A stretch of 64,000 nt of DNA from Candidatus Poseidoniaceae archaeon (GTDB lineage: Archaea > Thermoplasmatota > Poseidoniia > Poseidoniales > Poseidoniaceae). The notes beneath the pieces are model-generated. The model was not told where the DNA came from, did no database searches, and worked only from the letters and a program-made list of their open reading frames with translations. Location: positions 22,181-86,180 of the forward strand of contig CALKGM010000001.1 in the NCBI GenBank assembly GCA_938084675.1, read 5' to 3'. Positions within the stretch are counted from its first letter, which is position 1. Every line of letters starts with the position of its first letter. Positions 28,958-37,040 of the stretch are shown in pieces. The translations under genes and the position numbers were made by a program.

Positions 28958-29875
28958 TTACTCAGCTGAGGAATCAGGCGCTAGGATAGAAAACGTCCAC
29001 TCGTAAACCCGGGTGTTGACCCATGGGTCCCCTTGTTCTGTGATTTCTACCGTGAAGGTGTGATCTCCAACAGCCAATGATTCACCAATATTGAGTGCGA
29101 ATGGTTGGTCTTGTTCCCCATGTGGAAGAAGAATCGGAGCACTGCGATTGTTCACTCTTTTCCAGGTGCCCACTTCATCACCGTATTCAGTCCAAAAGGT
29201 CGTATTTGCTTCTACGGTAGTGTCGGTTGTTTGGAACCGGTGAGACACCGTAACGTTAGCGTCTTCATCCCCCACGTTATCAGCCAAACCGAATAGCAAC
29301 CATACACTTCCATCAAGGTATTCTCCATCGGTCAGTTGCCAGGATAGAAGGTTGTCTTTTCCGCTACCATCTGCAAACGTAAAATTATCTCCATTGTCTA
29401 CTGCGATTGCCCAATCGTTGGACACTTGAGGAGCAACGATATCTCCGAACGGAGGATTGACAAGAAGGAAGGACAGGGAAAGGAAGGTAAACGTGTAGAG
29501 AAAGGCAGCTCTAAACCAAGTTCCTTTCGTGTAATGCTCGTGAAATCGCTCGGGCATGACGGTCCTGTGGATTTGTGGAATGAGAATTATCATGACCAAA
29601 GGCAACATGTAGAGGATGTCAGTTTTATCCATGGTGGTGGACGGCATGAGAACATAACGCATCAAGGCAGTCACAGTAAAAGCGAATAAAATCACCAGCC
29701 ACATCGATGAGGTATCCGCCTTTTCTTTGTTCACATATTTCACCGGGTCAAAGGGCTCAATACCTAAATCCGAACCAGAACGCCGTTTCTTTTTCTCATC
29801 AGCGGCCCCTCGTCCATCTCTGGACCTACGGTCGGATGCTTGAGCCGCGGCCATGGCTGTTTGGAGGTCCACCAT
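28958..29875 (-). CDS. Hypothetical membrane protein (three TM segments plus C-terminal beta-rich domain)
   Basis: Basic N-terminus, three hydrophobic helices ending NPPF, acidic beta-strand-like C-domain. Confidence 0.7.
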   Translation of the reverse strand: MVDLQTAMAAAQASDRRSRDGRGAADEKKKRRSGSDLGIEPFDPVKYVNKEKADTSSMWLVILFAFTVTALMRYVLMPSTTMDKTDILYMLPLVMIILIPQIHRTVMPERFHEHYTKGTWFRAAFLYTFTFLSLSFLLVNPPFGDIVAPQVSNDWAIAVDNGDNFTFADGSGKDNLLSWQLTDGEYLDGSVWLLFGLADNVGDEDANVTVSHRFQTTDTTVEANTTFWTEYGDEVGTWKRVNNRSAPILLPHGEQDQPFALNIGESLAVGDHTFTVEITEQGDPWVNTRVYEWTFSILAPDSSAE

Positions 29876-30005
29876 ACCCCGTCGGGAGACGAGGGGGTGT
29901 TAGAACACTACGGTAAGGCGGCATCAAAAATTTACCTCTTTTCAGGGCGATTGGGAAGATTGGCTTCCGATTTCTTCAAAGAGGGAAGGGCTCAGCGCAG
30001 GTTAA

Positions 30006-30135
30006 GCCGGGGTGGCGTAGTTGGTAGCGCGTCGGACTCATAGGGCAGCCATCAAGGCGATCGTATGACGTGCAAGCCCCTTGTGGTGTCTGAGACATCC
30101 GAAGGTCGCGGGTTCGAGCCCCGCTCCCGGCACCA
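30006..30135 (+). tRNA. Elongator tRNA-Met(CAU) with a 54-nt intron at 37/38 (30043-30096) and encoded CCA
   Basis: Acceptor GCCGGGG/TCCCGGC+A+CCA, anticodon stem TCGGA/TCCGA, CAT at 30039-41, T-arm GCGGG-TTCGAGC-CCCGC, bulge-helix-bulge CTCA-TAG...TGAG-ACA. Confidence 0.93.
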
Positions 30136-30207
30136 CTGATGCATTCACTGCGTACGACATGACCTAACATTCAAGAGCGTTTCACGGGCAGTCGAGAGAC
30201 CTAATCA

Positions 30208-30240
30208 TTAAATTAGACCAGCCGGTCGGACCGACTGGTC
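30208..30240 (+). promoter_or_regulatory. TATA-like TTAAAT followed by a 25-bp palindromic operator (putative TetR autoregulatory site)
   Basis: GACCAGCCGGTC-G-GACCGACTGGTC (30216-30240) is an inverted repeat with one mismatch, ending 2 nt before the TetR ATG. Confidence 0.75.
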
Positions 30241-30242
30241 CA

Positions 30243-30869
30243 ATGCCTCTCACACGCTATGAGTCCATTGATGAAACCCTCAAGGCGAGGATTCTTGATG
30301 TATCCAAACAAGAGTTTGCCACGCATGGCTATGAAGGGGCTTCATACAACAAAATCATTCAAAAAATCGGTATCTCAAAAGGTTCAATGTACTATTACTT
30401 TGAAAACAAAGAAGATCTGTTCGTCACGTGTTTTCTAGATGCGTTTGCACGTGCAACTGGAAGTTTTGATTTTGCAAAGGCTTCATTCCCCTTGACGGAG
30501 GACAAACCCACATATTGGAATTCAATCAAAGCGATGTCATCAAGGCAGTGGAATGATGTGTTTCAGCACCCGGTCTTAATGCCCCTCATGCGCCACTTGG
30601 TTTCACTGGGAACGGATCACCCCATTTTCAATAAGTTGAACGCAGAATGTGAGGGCTTGAGAGAGTATGGTGACATAATGGCCCTTCTTGAACATGGAGT
30701 GCATATTGGGGCAATACGTGATGATGTCCCCCTCCATGTGCTCATTCGCATGAACACCGAATATGAGGTATGGCTGTTGAAAGAAATGCAGGAAGGCCGC
30801 TTGAATGAACAACAAGTGGTTGACAAATTCTTTGAGATGTTTAAACAACTCTTTGAAGCAAGAAGGTGA
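30243..30869 (+). CDS. TetR/AcrR family transcriptional regulator
   Basis: F..HGYEGAS...I....GISKGSMYYYFENKEDL helix-turn-helix. Confidence 0.93.
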   Translation: MPLTRYESIDETLKARILDVSKQEFATHGYEGASYNKIIQKIGISKGSMYYYFENKEDLFVTCFLDAFARATGSFDFAKASFPLTEDKPTYWNSIKAMSSRQWNDVFQHPVLMPLMRHLVSLGTDHPIFNKLNAECEGLREYGDIMALLEHGVHIGAIRDDVPLHVLIRMNTEYEVWLLKEMQEGRLNEQQVVDKFFEMFKQLFEARR

Positions 30870-30874
30870 AATAA

Positions 30875-31588
30875 ATGAAAAAATTATTGCAAATGGAAAA
30901 CCTAGAACGACATTACGAAACGCCTGCAGGCGTTGTCAAAGCGCTTGATGGCGTGACGTTTGAAATCCATGAGGGTGAGCGTGTCATTCTCCTTGGCCCG
31001 TCCGGCTCAGGAAAAACCACGCTCCTCAATTGTCTTTCAGCTCTTGACAGCCCAACCGGGGGCGAGTACACGTTCATGTCAAATCAAACGGATGCACTGG
31101 ATGCAGTTCCCCGTAACAGTTCGGAGAAAATGACATCTTTCCGAAGAGATAATATTGGCTATGTGTTCCAATTTTTTAATCTCCTGCAAGACCTTACGGT
31201 TCTAGAGAACATCCTCCTCATACAGGAACTGGCTGGCAAGAAAGACCCTGCAAGAGCAAAAGAGTTGTTGAAACTCGTCGGCCTTCAATCTGAAATTAAC
31301 CGTTTCCCGGGTGAAATTAGCGGTGGACAACAGCAGCGAGTAGCCATTGCACGAAGCATTGCAAAGCGTCCAACTCTTCTGCTGGGTGACGAACTCACTG
31401 GTAACCTTGACACAGAGACTTCAAACAAAGTCATGGAAGCCTTGGTGAGTGCCTGCAAGCAAGAAAACATCACTTCTGTGTTCGTCACTCACGACGAAGG
31501 TTTGGTCAAGTATGCGACAAGAGTGATTCGAATAGACAGTGGGAAAATTGTTTCCGATGAGCATACGAACAACGATTCTTCTGAGTGA
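30875..31588 (+). CDS. ABC transporter ATPase, MacB/LolD type
   Basis: [43 protein letters not shown]. Confidence 0.93.
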   Translation: MKKLLQMENLERHYETPAGVVKALDGVTFEIHEGERVILLGPSGSGKTTLLNCLSALDSPTGGEYTFMSNQTDALDAVPRNSSEKMTSFRRDNIGYVFQFFNLLQDLTVLENILLIQELAGKKDPARAKELLKLVGLQSEINRFPGEISGGQQQRVAIARSIAKRPTLLLGDELTGNLDTETSNKVMEALVSACKQENITSVFVTHDEGLVKYATRVIRIDSGKIVSDEHTNNDSSE

Positions 31589-31597
31589 GGTTTTACA

Positions 31598-34045
31598 ATG
31601 TCTGCCCTTCTCAACAAACGCTTAGCCCGAAGTTTGTGGCGAACCAAACTCCGACTTTCCGCTGTCATCCTCATGGTGTTCGTCGGCGTTTTTGCCGGCA
31701 TCACCTTTGGCGGCTATGCATACAACCTCGGAGGCATGTACGATACCATGCAAGCCGATGATGAACGTGGTGCAAATCTTGCGGACCTTTGGATTGACAA
31801 CCGTAGTGCTGCATGGACTCCCGAACAGGTCAATACCTTCTGCGATGCTTTGGGAGCCGCTTGGGATTCGTCAACGGTTTCTCAATCCCTTGATTCATGT
31901 GAAGGGCGTAGCGTGACCCAAGGTGCGATGTTCCACACCAACACTACCGGTGAACACATCATCAATTCACTATGGCACGGCATTCCTGACGGCGCCAATG
32001 CAGACCGCGTATGGATGCCTGAAGGTCACTCTGAAGGCCGAACGGCAGTTGCTGCCGATGAGATTGTCATCGATGCTCACGTCACTGCAGCGCTTGAACT
32101 CAGCCTTGGAGACACGGTAAGTATTGGAGCAGGAAATGCTACCGCAGATTTCACTCTTGTTGGAATGGGATACCATCCTCTGCACGTACTCATGGCCCCT
32201 GAGGGCACACTGTTTCCTCCTGAATCTGGAGAATACGTGGTAGGCTATCTCTCACATGCTGGAATGGCCCGCTTAACCGGCGAAGTCATCGGAACCAGCA
32301 ACATCATCATGTTGGATGTTGAAGGGACACCATCCTTTGACCTACCCGACACCAGTGAGTATGAAGGAGAGGACATTGACGCTGTGAAGGGGTTGGTGGA
32401 TACCGCCCTTACTGAATCGGAACTCGATGCCAGAGTGCGAGACCGCGGACAGAATGAACCCGTTGAGGTCATGCGACAGGACCTCAAAGGAACTGAGCGG
32501 ACAACCGTCCCGTTTACCGTTATGATCGCATCAATTGCAGCAATTACGATTGTTTTGAGTCTACAGCGCTTGGTCCAAAGCCAGGCGAAGGAGATCGCAG
32601 TACTGCGAACACTTGGAGTCAAGCGCTCATCGCTTATGACCGGCTATCTCATTGCTCCGTTGGTGATTGGTGGCATTGGCTGTTTACTCGGAGTGTTAGC
32701 AGGGCCGAGTGGCATGAATGGAATGTTGGATTTCTACCAGGATTTAGTAGGCGTTCCAATTGTTGAACGCTCAGTACCACCATCAATTATCGGCACAGTC
32801 GTGAGTTCAACTATGATTGTTGTGTTCTTTTCAGGGGCATTTCCTGCCTGGAAGGCAAGCCGCCTTGACCCTTTGGCTGTTCTTAGCGGTCAAAACGAAA
32901 TGCGAGTTGGCTCAAATCTCCTTCGCAAATTGACATCATGGATGCCAACGACGCTCGGGCTCTCGATTCGTTCGAGCATGCGTAAGCCGATTCGTCTGGC
33001 GATGACTTTTGTCGCAGTAGGAATCTCATTGATGCTTTTCGGTTCGATTCAAATGATGTCCGCAGGACTCCAAGATACGATGGTTGGAAGTCTAGAAGAC
33101 GACCAAACATGGGATGCACAAGTCTACATTATGCCGGAGGCGGAAGGTCCTGTTGTTGATTGGGCAGACAGCAATGGTGCATCGTATGAGATGATTATTG
33201 AAATGCCACTTGGTTCAGTGGCGGATGGCGATGGAGTTGACAGAGTGTTCACTCTTGTAGGCCTCGACTCATATGATGAAGGCATGCGTTCAGTTTCTGT
33301 CCTAGAAGGAGGCACGCCAACCGCAAACGCTGCCGTCCCCAAAGTCATGATGGACGAAGGCAGCATGAACTTCCTTGACTGGCAGGTCGGTGACCAGCAC
33401 ACAGTGAACATCAATGGGGCGGAACATGAAGTAGAAATTGTTGGCACCTCGGCCGCAGAATTGGCCCGTACGATGTATTTTGTTCGTGACGACCTGAGCG
33501 GTATTCTTGGCGTTAATACCACTTCGATTTACCTTGATTTGCCTTCGGGAGTTGAGGTCAACTCTGCTCTAGGCGAGGTGTCGGTAGGAATTGTCGAGCG
33601 GCAAACACTCCTCAACGGAATCAACAGTTTAATCGACCAACAGACTCAAATCTTCCAGACAATGATGTATCTTGGACTTCTTTTCACGGTCGTAGTCATG
33701 TTCAATACCATGATCATGAACGTAGCCGAGCGAGACTTTGAACTCGCAACGCTTCGTGTCCTCGGTGCGTCAACCCGCAGCCTTGGGACGATGCTTCTGT
33801 TCGAAAGCCTCTTGATTGGTGTTATCGGTGGCATCGTTGGCGTCTTGTTTGCCTATGGCGGGGCTGTTGGGCTTGCTGCCTCGTTCTCTTCGTGGCAGTT
33901 CTTCGTTCCTGTGACGATTGTCCCGAGTGTTGCATGGCAACTTATGTCTGGAATCATTCTCATCGCTGTAGCAATGACGCCATTCGGTGTTTGGCGATTG
34001 AGAAAAATGAATCTCGTTGAGAAAATCAAAGACCTATCTCAGTGA
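31598..34045 (+). CDS. FtsX/MacB-like ABC permease with duplicated modules
   Basis: Two FtsX-type C-domains (KEIAVLRTLG; FELATLRVLGAS) with large extracellular loops. Confidence 0.9.
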   Translation: MSALLNKRLARSLWRTKLRLSAVILMVFVGVFAGITFGGYAYNLGGMYDTMQADDERGANLADLWIDNRSAAWTPEQVNTFCDALGAAWDSSTVSQSLDSCEGRSVTQGAMFHTNTTGEHIINSLWHGIPDGANADRVWMPEGHSEGRTAVAADEIVIDAHVTAALELSLGDTVSIGAGNATADFTLVGMGYHPLHVLMAPEGTLFPPESGEYVVGYLSHAGMARLTGEVIGTSNIIMLDVEGTPSFDLPDTSEYEGEDIDAVKGLVDTALTESELDARVRDRGQNEPVEVMRQDLKGTERTTVPFTVMIASIAAITIVLSLQRLVQSQAKEIAVLRTLGVKRSSLMTGYLIAPLVIGGIGCLLGVLAGPSGMNGMLDFYQDLVGVPIVERSVPPSIIGTVVSSTMIVVFFSGAFPAWKASRLDPLAVLSGQNEMRVGSNLLRKLTSWMPTTLGLSIRSSMRKPIRLAMTFVAVGISLMLFGSIQMMSAGLQDTMVGSLEDDQTWDAQVYIMPEAEGPVVDWADSNGASYEMIIEMPLGSVADGDGVDRVFTLVGLDSYDEGMRSVSVLEGGTPTANAAVPKVMMDEGSMNFLDWQVGDQHTVNINGAEHEVEIVGTSAAELARTMYFVRDDLSGILGVNTTSIYLDLPSGVEVNSALGEVSVGIVERQTLLNGINSLIDQQTQIFQTMMYLGLLFTVVVMFNTMIMNVAERDFELATLRVLGASTRSLGTMLLFESLLIGVIGGIVGVLFAYGGAVGLAASFSSWQFFVPVTIVPSVAWQLMSGIILIAVAMTPFGVWRLRKMNLVEKIKDLSQ

Positions 34046-34083
34046 AGCGAACCTTTCATGTGGCGTCTTGACCTCCAACGGCT

Positions 34084-35439
34084 ATGGAAGGCCTCCCGAA
34101 ACCCGGTGAACGCATCATTGCTACCGTCAAGACGCTAAACGGCGAAGCCACTCACGGGGGTTTGGTCTTACCTTCACCTGCACCCCGCCACATTTCAATC
34201 AAACTTGACAACGGTTACAATGTCAACTATCCTCAAGAAAACATCATCTCTTGGGAGTATGCGCCATCGGCCCAAACAGCACCATCACCAACCCTCAATG
34301 CCCCAGCGGCTTCATCCGACCTGCCCAAAGTACGACTTATTCACACAGGTGGAACCATTGCATCGAAAGTTGATTATGCCACAGGTGCCGTTGATGCTCG
34401 GTTTGAACCAGAGGAACTTCTTGATGCCATTCCCGAACTCGCATCAATTGCACAACTTGACGCCCTCAAAATTGGGAACATGTTCAGCGATGACATACGT
34501 CCACAACACTGGAACTTGATGTCAGAGGCTTGCGCAGCAGCCTTTGCTGACGGCTGCCGTGGTGTTGTCATCTCTCATGGAACCGATACCATGCACATTA
34601 CTGCCTCTGCCGTAGGGTTTGCCTTTGCTGGAAAAGGAGAAACGCCTCCCGGACCCATAGCGATGGTTGGCTCCCAGCGGTCAAGCGACCGTGGGTCATC
34701 CGACGCAACTGAAAATCTGCTTGCTGCCGTACATTGGGCAGCCTATGGCCCTGAGCCTACTGGCGAAGCTGGCGATGCATGCGTCGTTGTCATGCACGAT
34801 TCTCAAAGCGACGGTACAATGGCTGTTCATTCTGGGTTTGCCGTTAGAAAGATGCACTCATCGAGACGCGATGCTTTTCAAGCAATCAACGGCAAGCCGC
34901 TAGCCCATGTCTCCATCACCTCTGAGGGCATTGAAACAAAACTGAATCCAGACTACCTCAAGATGCAAGAAAACAATCCAAGAAGACCCAAGACTCAACG
35001 CCCTACTAAGTTCGAGCAGGGTCAGCGCATTGCACAGTTCATGGCGGGACCGTGGCTTCACGCAGAGCATATTGAAGCCGTCATAGCCACAGGCGTACAA
35101 GGTGTCGTCATCCATGGAACCGGACTCGGACACCTCCCCATTGAGGACCCACAGAAAGACGCCCCTGAAAACATACAGTTGTGGCGAGTATTGACGCGCT
35201 GTATGAATCGGGAACTTCCAGTGGTTGTCGTGAATCAATGTATTCACGGCCCAGTCGACATGAATGTCTATTCGAAAGGACGGAAACAAATCGACATGGG
35301 AATACTCGGGCATGGCATCAGTTCTACTCCTGAGGCGATTACTGTCAAAACCCACTGGTGCTTGTCTCAAGGACTTGATCTCAAACAGACCCTGGCGAAA
35401 AATCTCTGTGGAGAACACCGCGATAACCTGTTTGAATGA
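34084..35439 (+). CDS. gatD: Glu-tRNA(Gln) amidotransferase subunit D
   Basis: IKLDNGYNV, HTGGTIASKVDYATGAV, HGTDTM, VGSQRSSDRGSSDA, RKMHSSRRDAF, GTGLGH. Confidence 0.96.
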   Translation: MEGLPKPGERIIATVKTLNGEATHGGLVLPSPAPRHISIKLDNGYNVNYPQENIISWEYAPSAQTAPSPTLNAPAASSDLPKVRLIHTGGTIASKVDYATGAVDARFEPEELLDAIPELASIAQLDALKIGNMFSDDIRPQHWNLMSEACAAAFADGCRGVVISHGTDTMHITASAVGFAFAGKGETPPGPIAMVGSQRSSDRGSSDATENLLAAVHWAAYGPEPTGEAGDACVVVMHDSQSDGTMAVHSGFAVRKMHSSRRDAFQAINGKPLAHVSITSEGIETKLNPDYLKMQENNPRRPKTQRPTKFEQGQRIAQFMAGPWLHAEHIEAVIATGVQGVVIHGTGLGHLPIEDPQKDAPENIQLWRVLTRCMNRELPVVVVNQCIHGPVDMNVYSKGRKQIDMGILGHGISSTPEAITVKTHWCLSQGLDLKQTLAKNLCGEHRDNLFE

Positions 35440-35476
35440 GCGCACCAATCAAAAACCGACAAGGAGTGGAAGGTTC

Positions 35477-37039
35477 ATGCAGGGGGATTCGGCACATCGG
35501 CTTGAAGACCTCAAGGCAAAGCAAGAAGCTGCCCGTCTTGGTGGCGGATTGAAGCGACAAGAAGCAATACGCTCATCGGGAAGGGGGACGGCAAGAGACC
35601 GTCTTGGAATGCTCCTCGATGAAGGTTCATTTCTTGAAATAGATGCTTTTGTCACGCACCGTACTGATGACCACAATATGTTCCTTCACAAAACCCTCGG
35701 CGATGGAGTTGTTGCGGGACAAGGCACCATCGACGGACGTAGGATCTACTGTTTTGCACAAGATTTCAGTGTCCATGGCGGTAGCATGGGCGAGATGCAC
35801 GCCCTCAAAATTGCAAAAATCGTGGAGATGGCAGAACGTGCAAAGGCTCCTCTTATCGCCATGTGGGATGGAGGGGGGCAACGCGCCCAAGATGGTGTCA
35901 ATGCACTTGCTGGAACCGGCGAATTGTTGGACCGCTTGGTTCAATGCAGTGGAAGAATCCCTACGATTAGCATCGTACTGGGACCGGTAGTGGGTGCCTC
36001 AGCCCTCGCGGCATCGCTTTCTGACTTCACAATCCTCGGTGAAGAAAACGGCCAATTGTTCCTTTCATCCCCTCTAGAAACGCCCGAAGTGATCAACGGT
36101 GAAGTTGATGCGGCAGGATTGGGTGGTGCAAACCTCCATGCGTCCCGTTCTGGAATTGCATCCTTGATTGCTGACGATGAAGAAGACGCATGTGATTTAG
36201 CATGCATGCTCCTATCCTATCTCCCCGACCATAACATGGCGGACCCTCCTTTTGTACCAACAGCGGACCCAATCGAACGCTCGAATGAGGTTTTGCAGGA
36301 TGTTGTCCCCGACAATCCAAACAAACCCTATGACATGGTCACCGTAGTGGAAGAAGTCGTGGATGATGGTATGTTCATGGAACTCTTTTCCGCATATGCA
36401 GATAACATCATCATTGGATTTGCGCGCCTCAATGGAATGCCAATTGGAGTTGTTGGAAATCAGCCAAAGGTGCTTGCTGGGTGTCTTGATATTGACGCCT
36501 CGATCAAGGCGGCTCGATTTATTCGCATGTGTGACGCATTCAATATTCCCCTCGTCACCTTTGAAGACGTACCGGGATTCCTTCCAGGCGTGGTTCAAGA
36601 ATGGGGTGGAATCATCCGGCATGGTGCCAAATTGCTGTTTGCCTACGCAGAGGCAACCGTACCAAAATTGACTCTCGTTACACGCAAGGCTTACGGAGGC
36701 GCTTACCTGGCAATGTCCTGCAAGCATTTACAGAGCGATTACAACGTTGCATGGCCAACTGCTGAACTGGCAGTCATGGGGGCAGAAGGCGCAGTGAACA
36801 TCATTCACCGGAGAGAAATTCAAGCTGTTGAGGATGATGAAAAAGAAAACGTACGGCTTCGACTTGTTGATGAGTACAAGGCAAAGTTTGGCGACCCCTA
36901 TGTCGCTGCTCGCAATGGATGGCTTGATGACGTCATAGAGCCAGCGGAAAGCAGATTACGACTCATACGGGCCTTGAACATCCTAAAGAGCAAGCGGGAA
37001 TGGTCACCGCCAAAGAAGCATGGAAACATTCCTTTGTGA
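35477..37039 (+). CDS. Acyl-CoA carboxylase carboxyltransferase (PccB-like) subunit
   Basis: GDGVVAGQGTIDGR, QDFSVHGGSMG, DVPGFLPG, RKAYGGAY, KKHGNIPL. Start at ATG 35477. Confidence 0.9.
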   Translation: MQGDSAHRLEDLKAKQEAARLGGGLKRQEAIRSSGRGTARDRLGMLLDEGSFLEIDAFVTHRTDDHNMFLHKTLGDGVVAGQGTIDGRRIYCFAQDFSVHGGSMGEMHALKIAKIVEMAERAKAPLIAMWDGGGQRAQDGVNALAGTGELLDRLVQCSGRIPTISIVLGPVVGASALAASLSDFTILGEENGQLFLSSPLETPEVINGEVDAAGLGGANLHASRSGIASLIADDEEDACDLACMLLSYLPDHNMADPPFVPTADPIERSNEVLQDVVPDNPNKPYDMVTVVEEVVDDGMFMELFSAYADNIIIGFARLNGMPIGVVGNQPKVLAGCLDIDASIKAARFIRMCDAFNIPLVTFEDVPGFLPGVVQEWGGIIRHGAKLLFAYAEATVPKLTLVTRKAYGGAYLAMSCKHLQSDYNVAWPTAELAVMGAEGAVNIIHRREIQAVEDDEKENVRLRLVDEYKAKFGDPYVAARNGWLDDVIEPAESRLRLIRALNILKSKREWSPPKKHGNIPL

Positions 37040-37040
37040 T

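Noticed and set aside
30006-30135. Initiator tRNA-Met or tRNA-Ile2(CAU)
   Set aside because: It has G1-C72, lacks the three consecutive G-C anticodon-stem pairs of initiators, and the GCCGGGG start with a 37/38 intron fits elongator Met.
30136-34045. Integrated mobile element at tRNA-Met
   Set aside because: No integrase and no duplicated tRNA 3' end seen in the window.
35264-35476. Long N-terminal extensions in the ORF track (also at 81, 5204, 12938, 13093, 45405)
   Set aside because: They overlap neighbouring genes or promoter motifs; family similarity begins at downstream starts.
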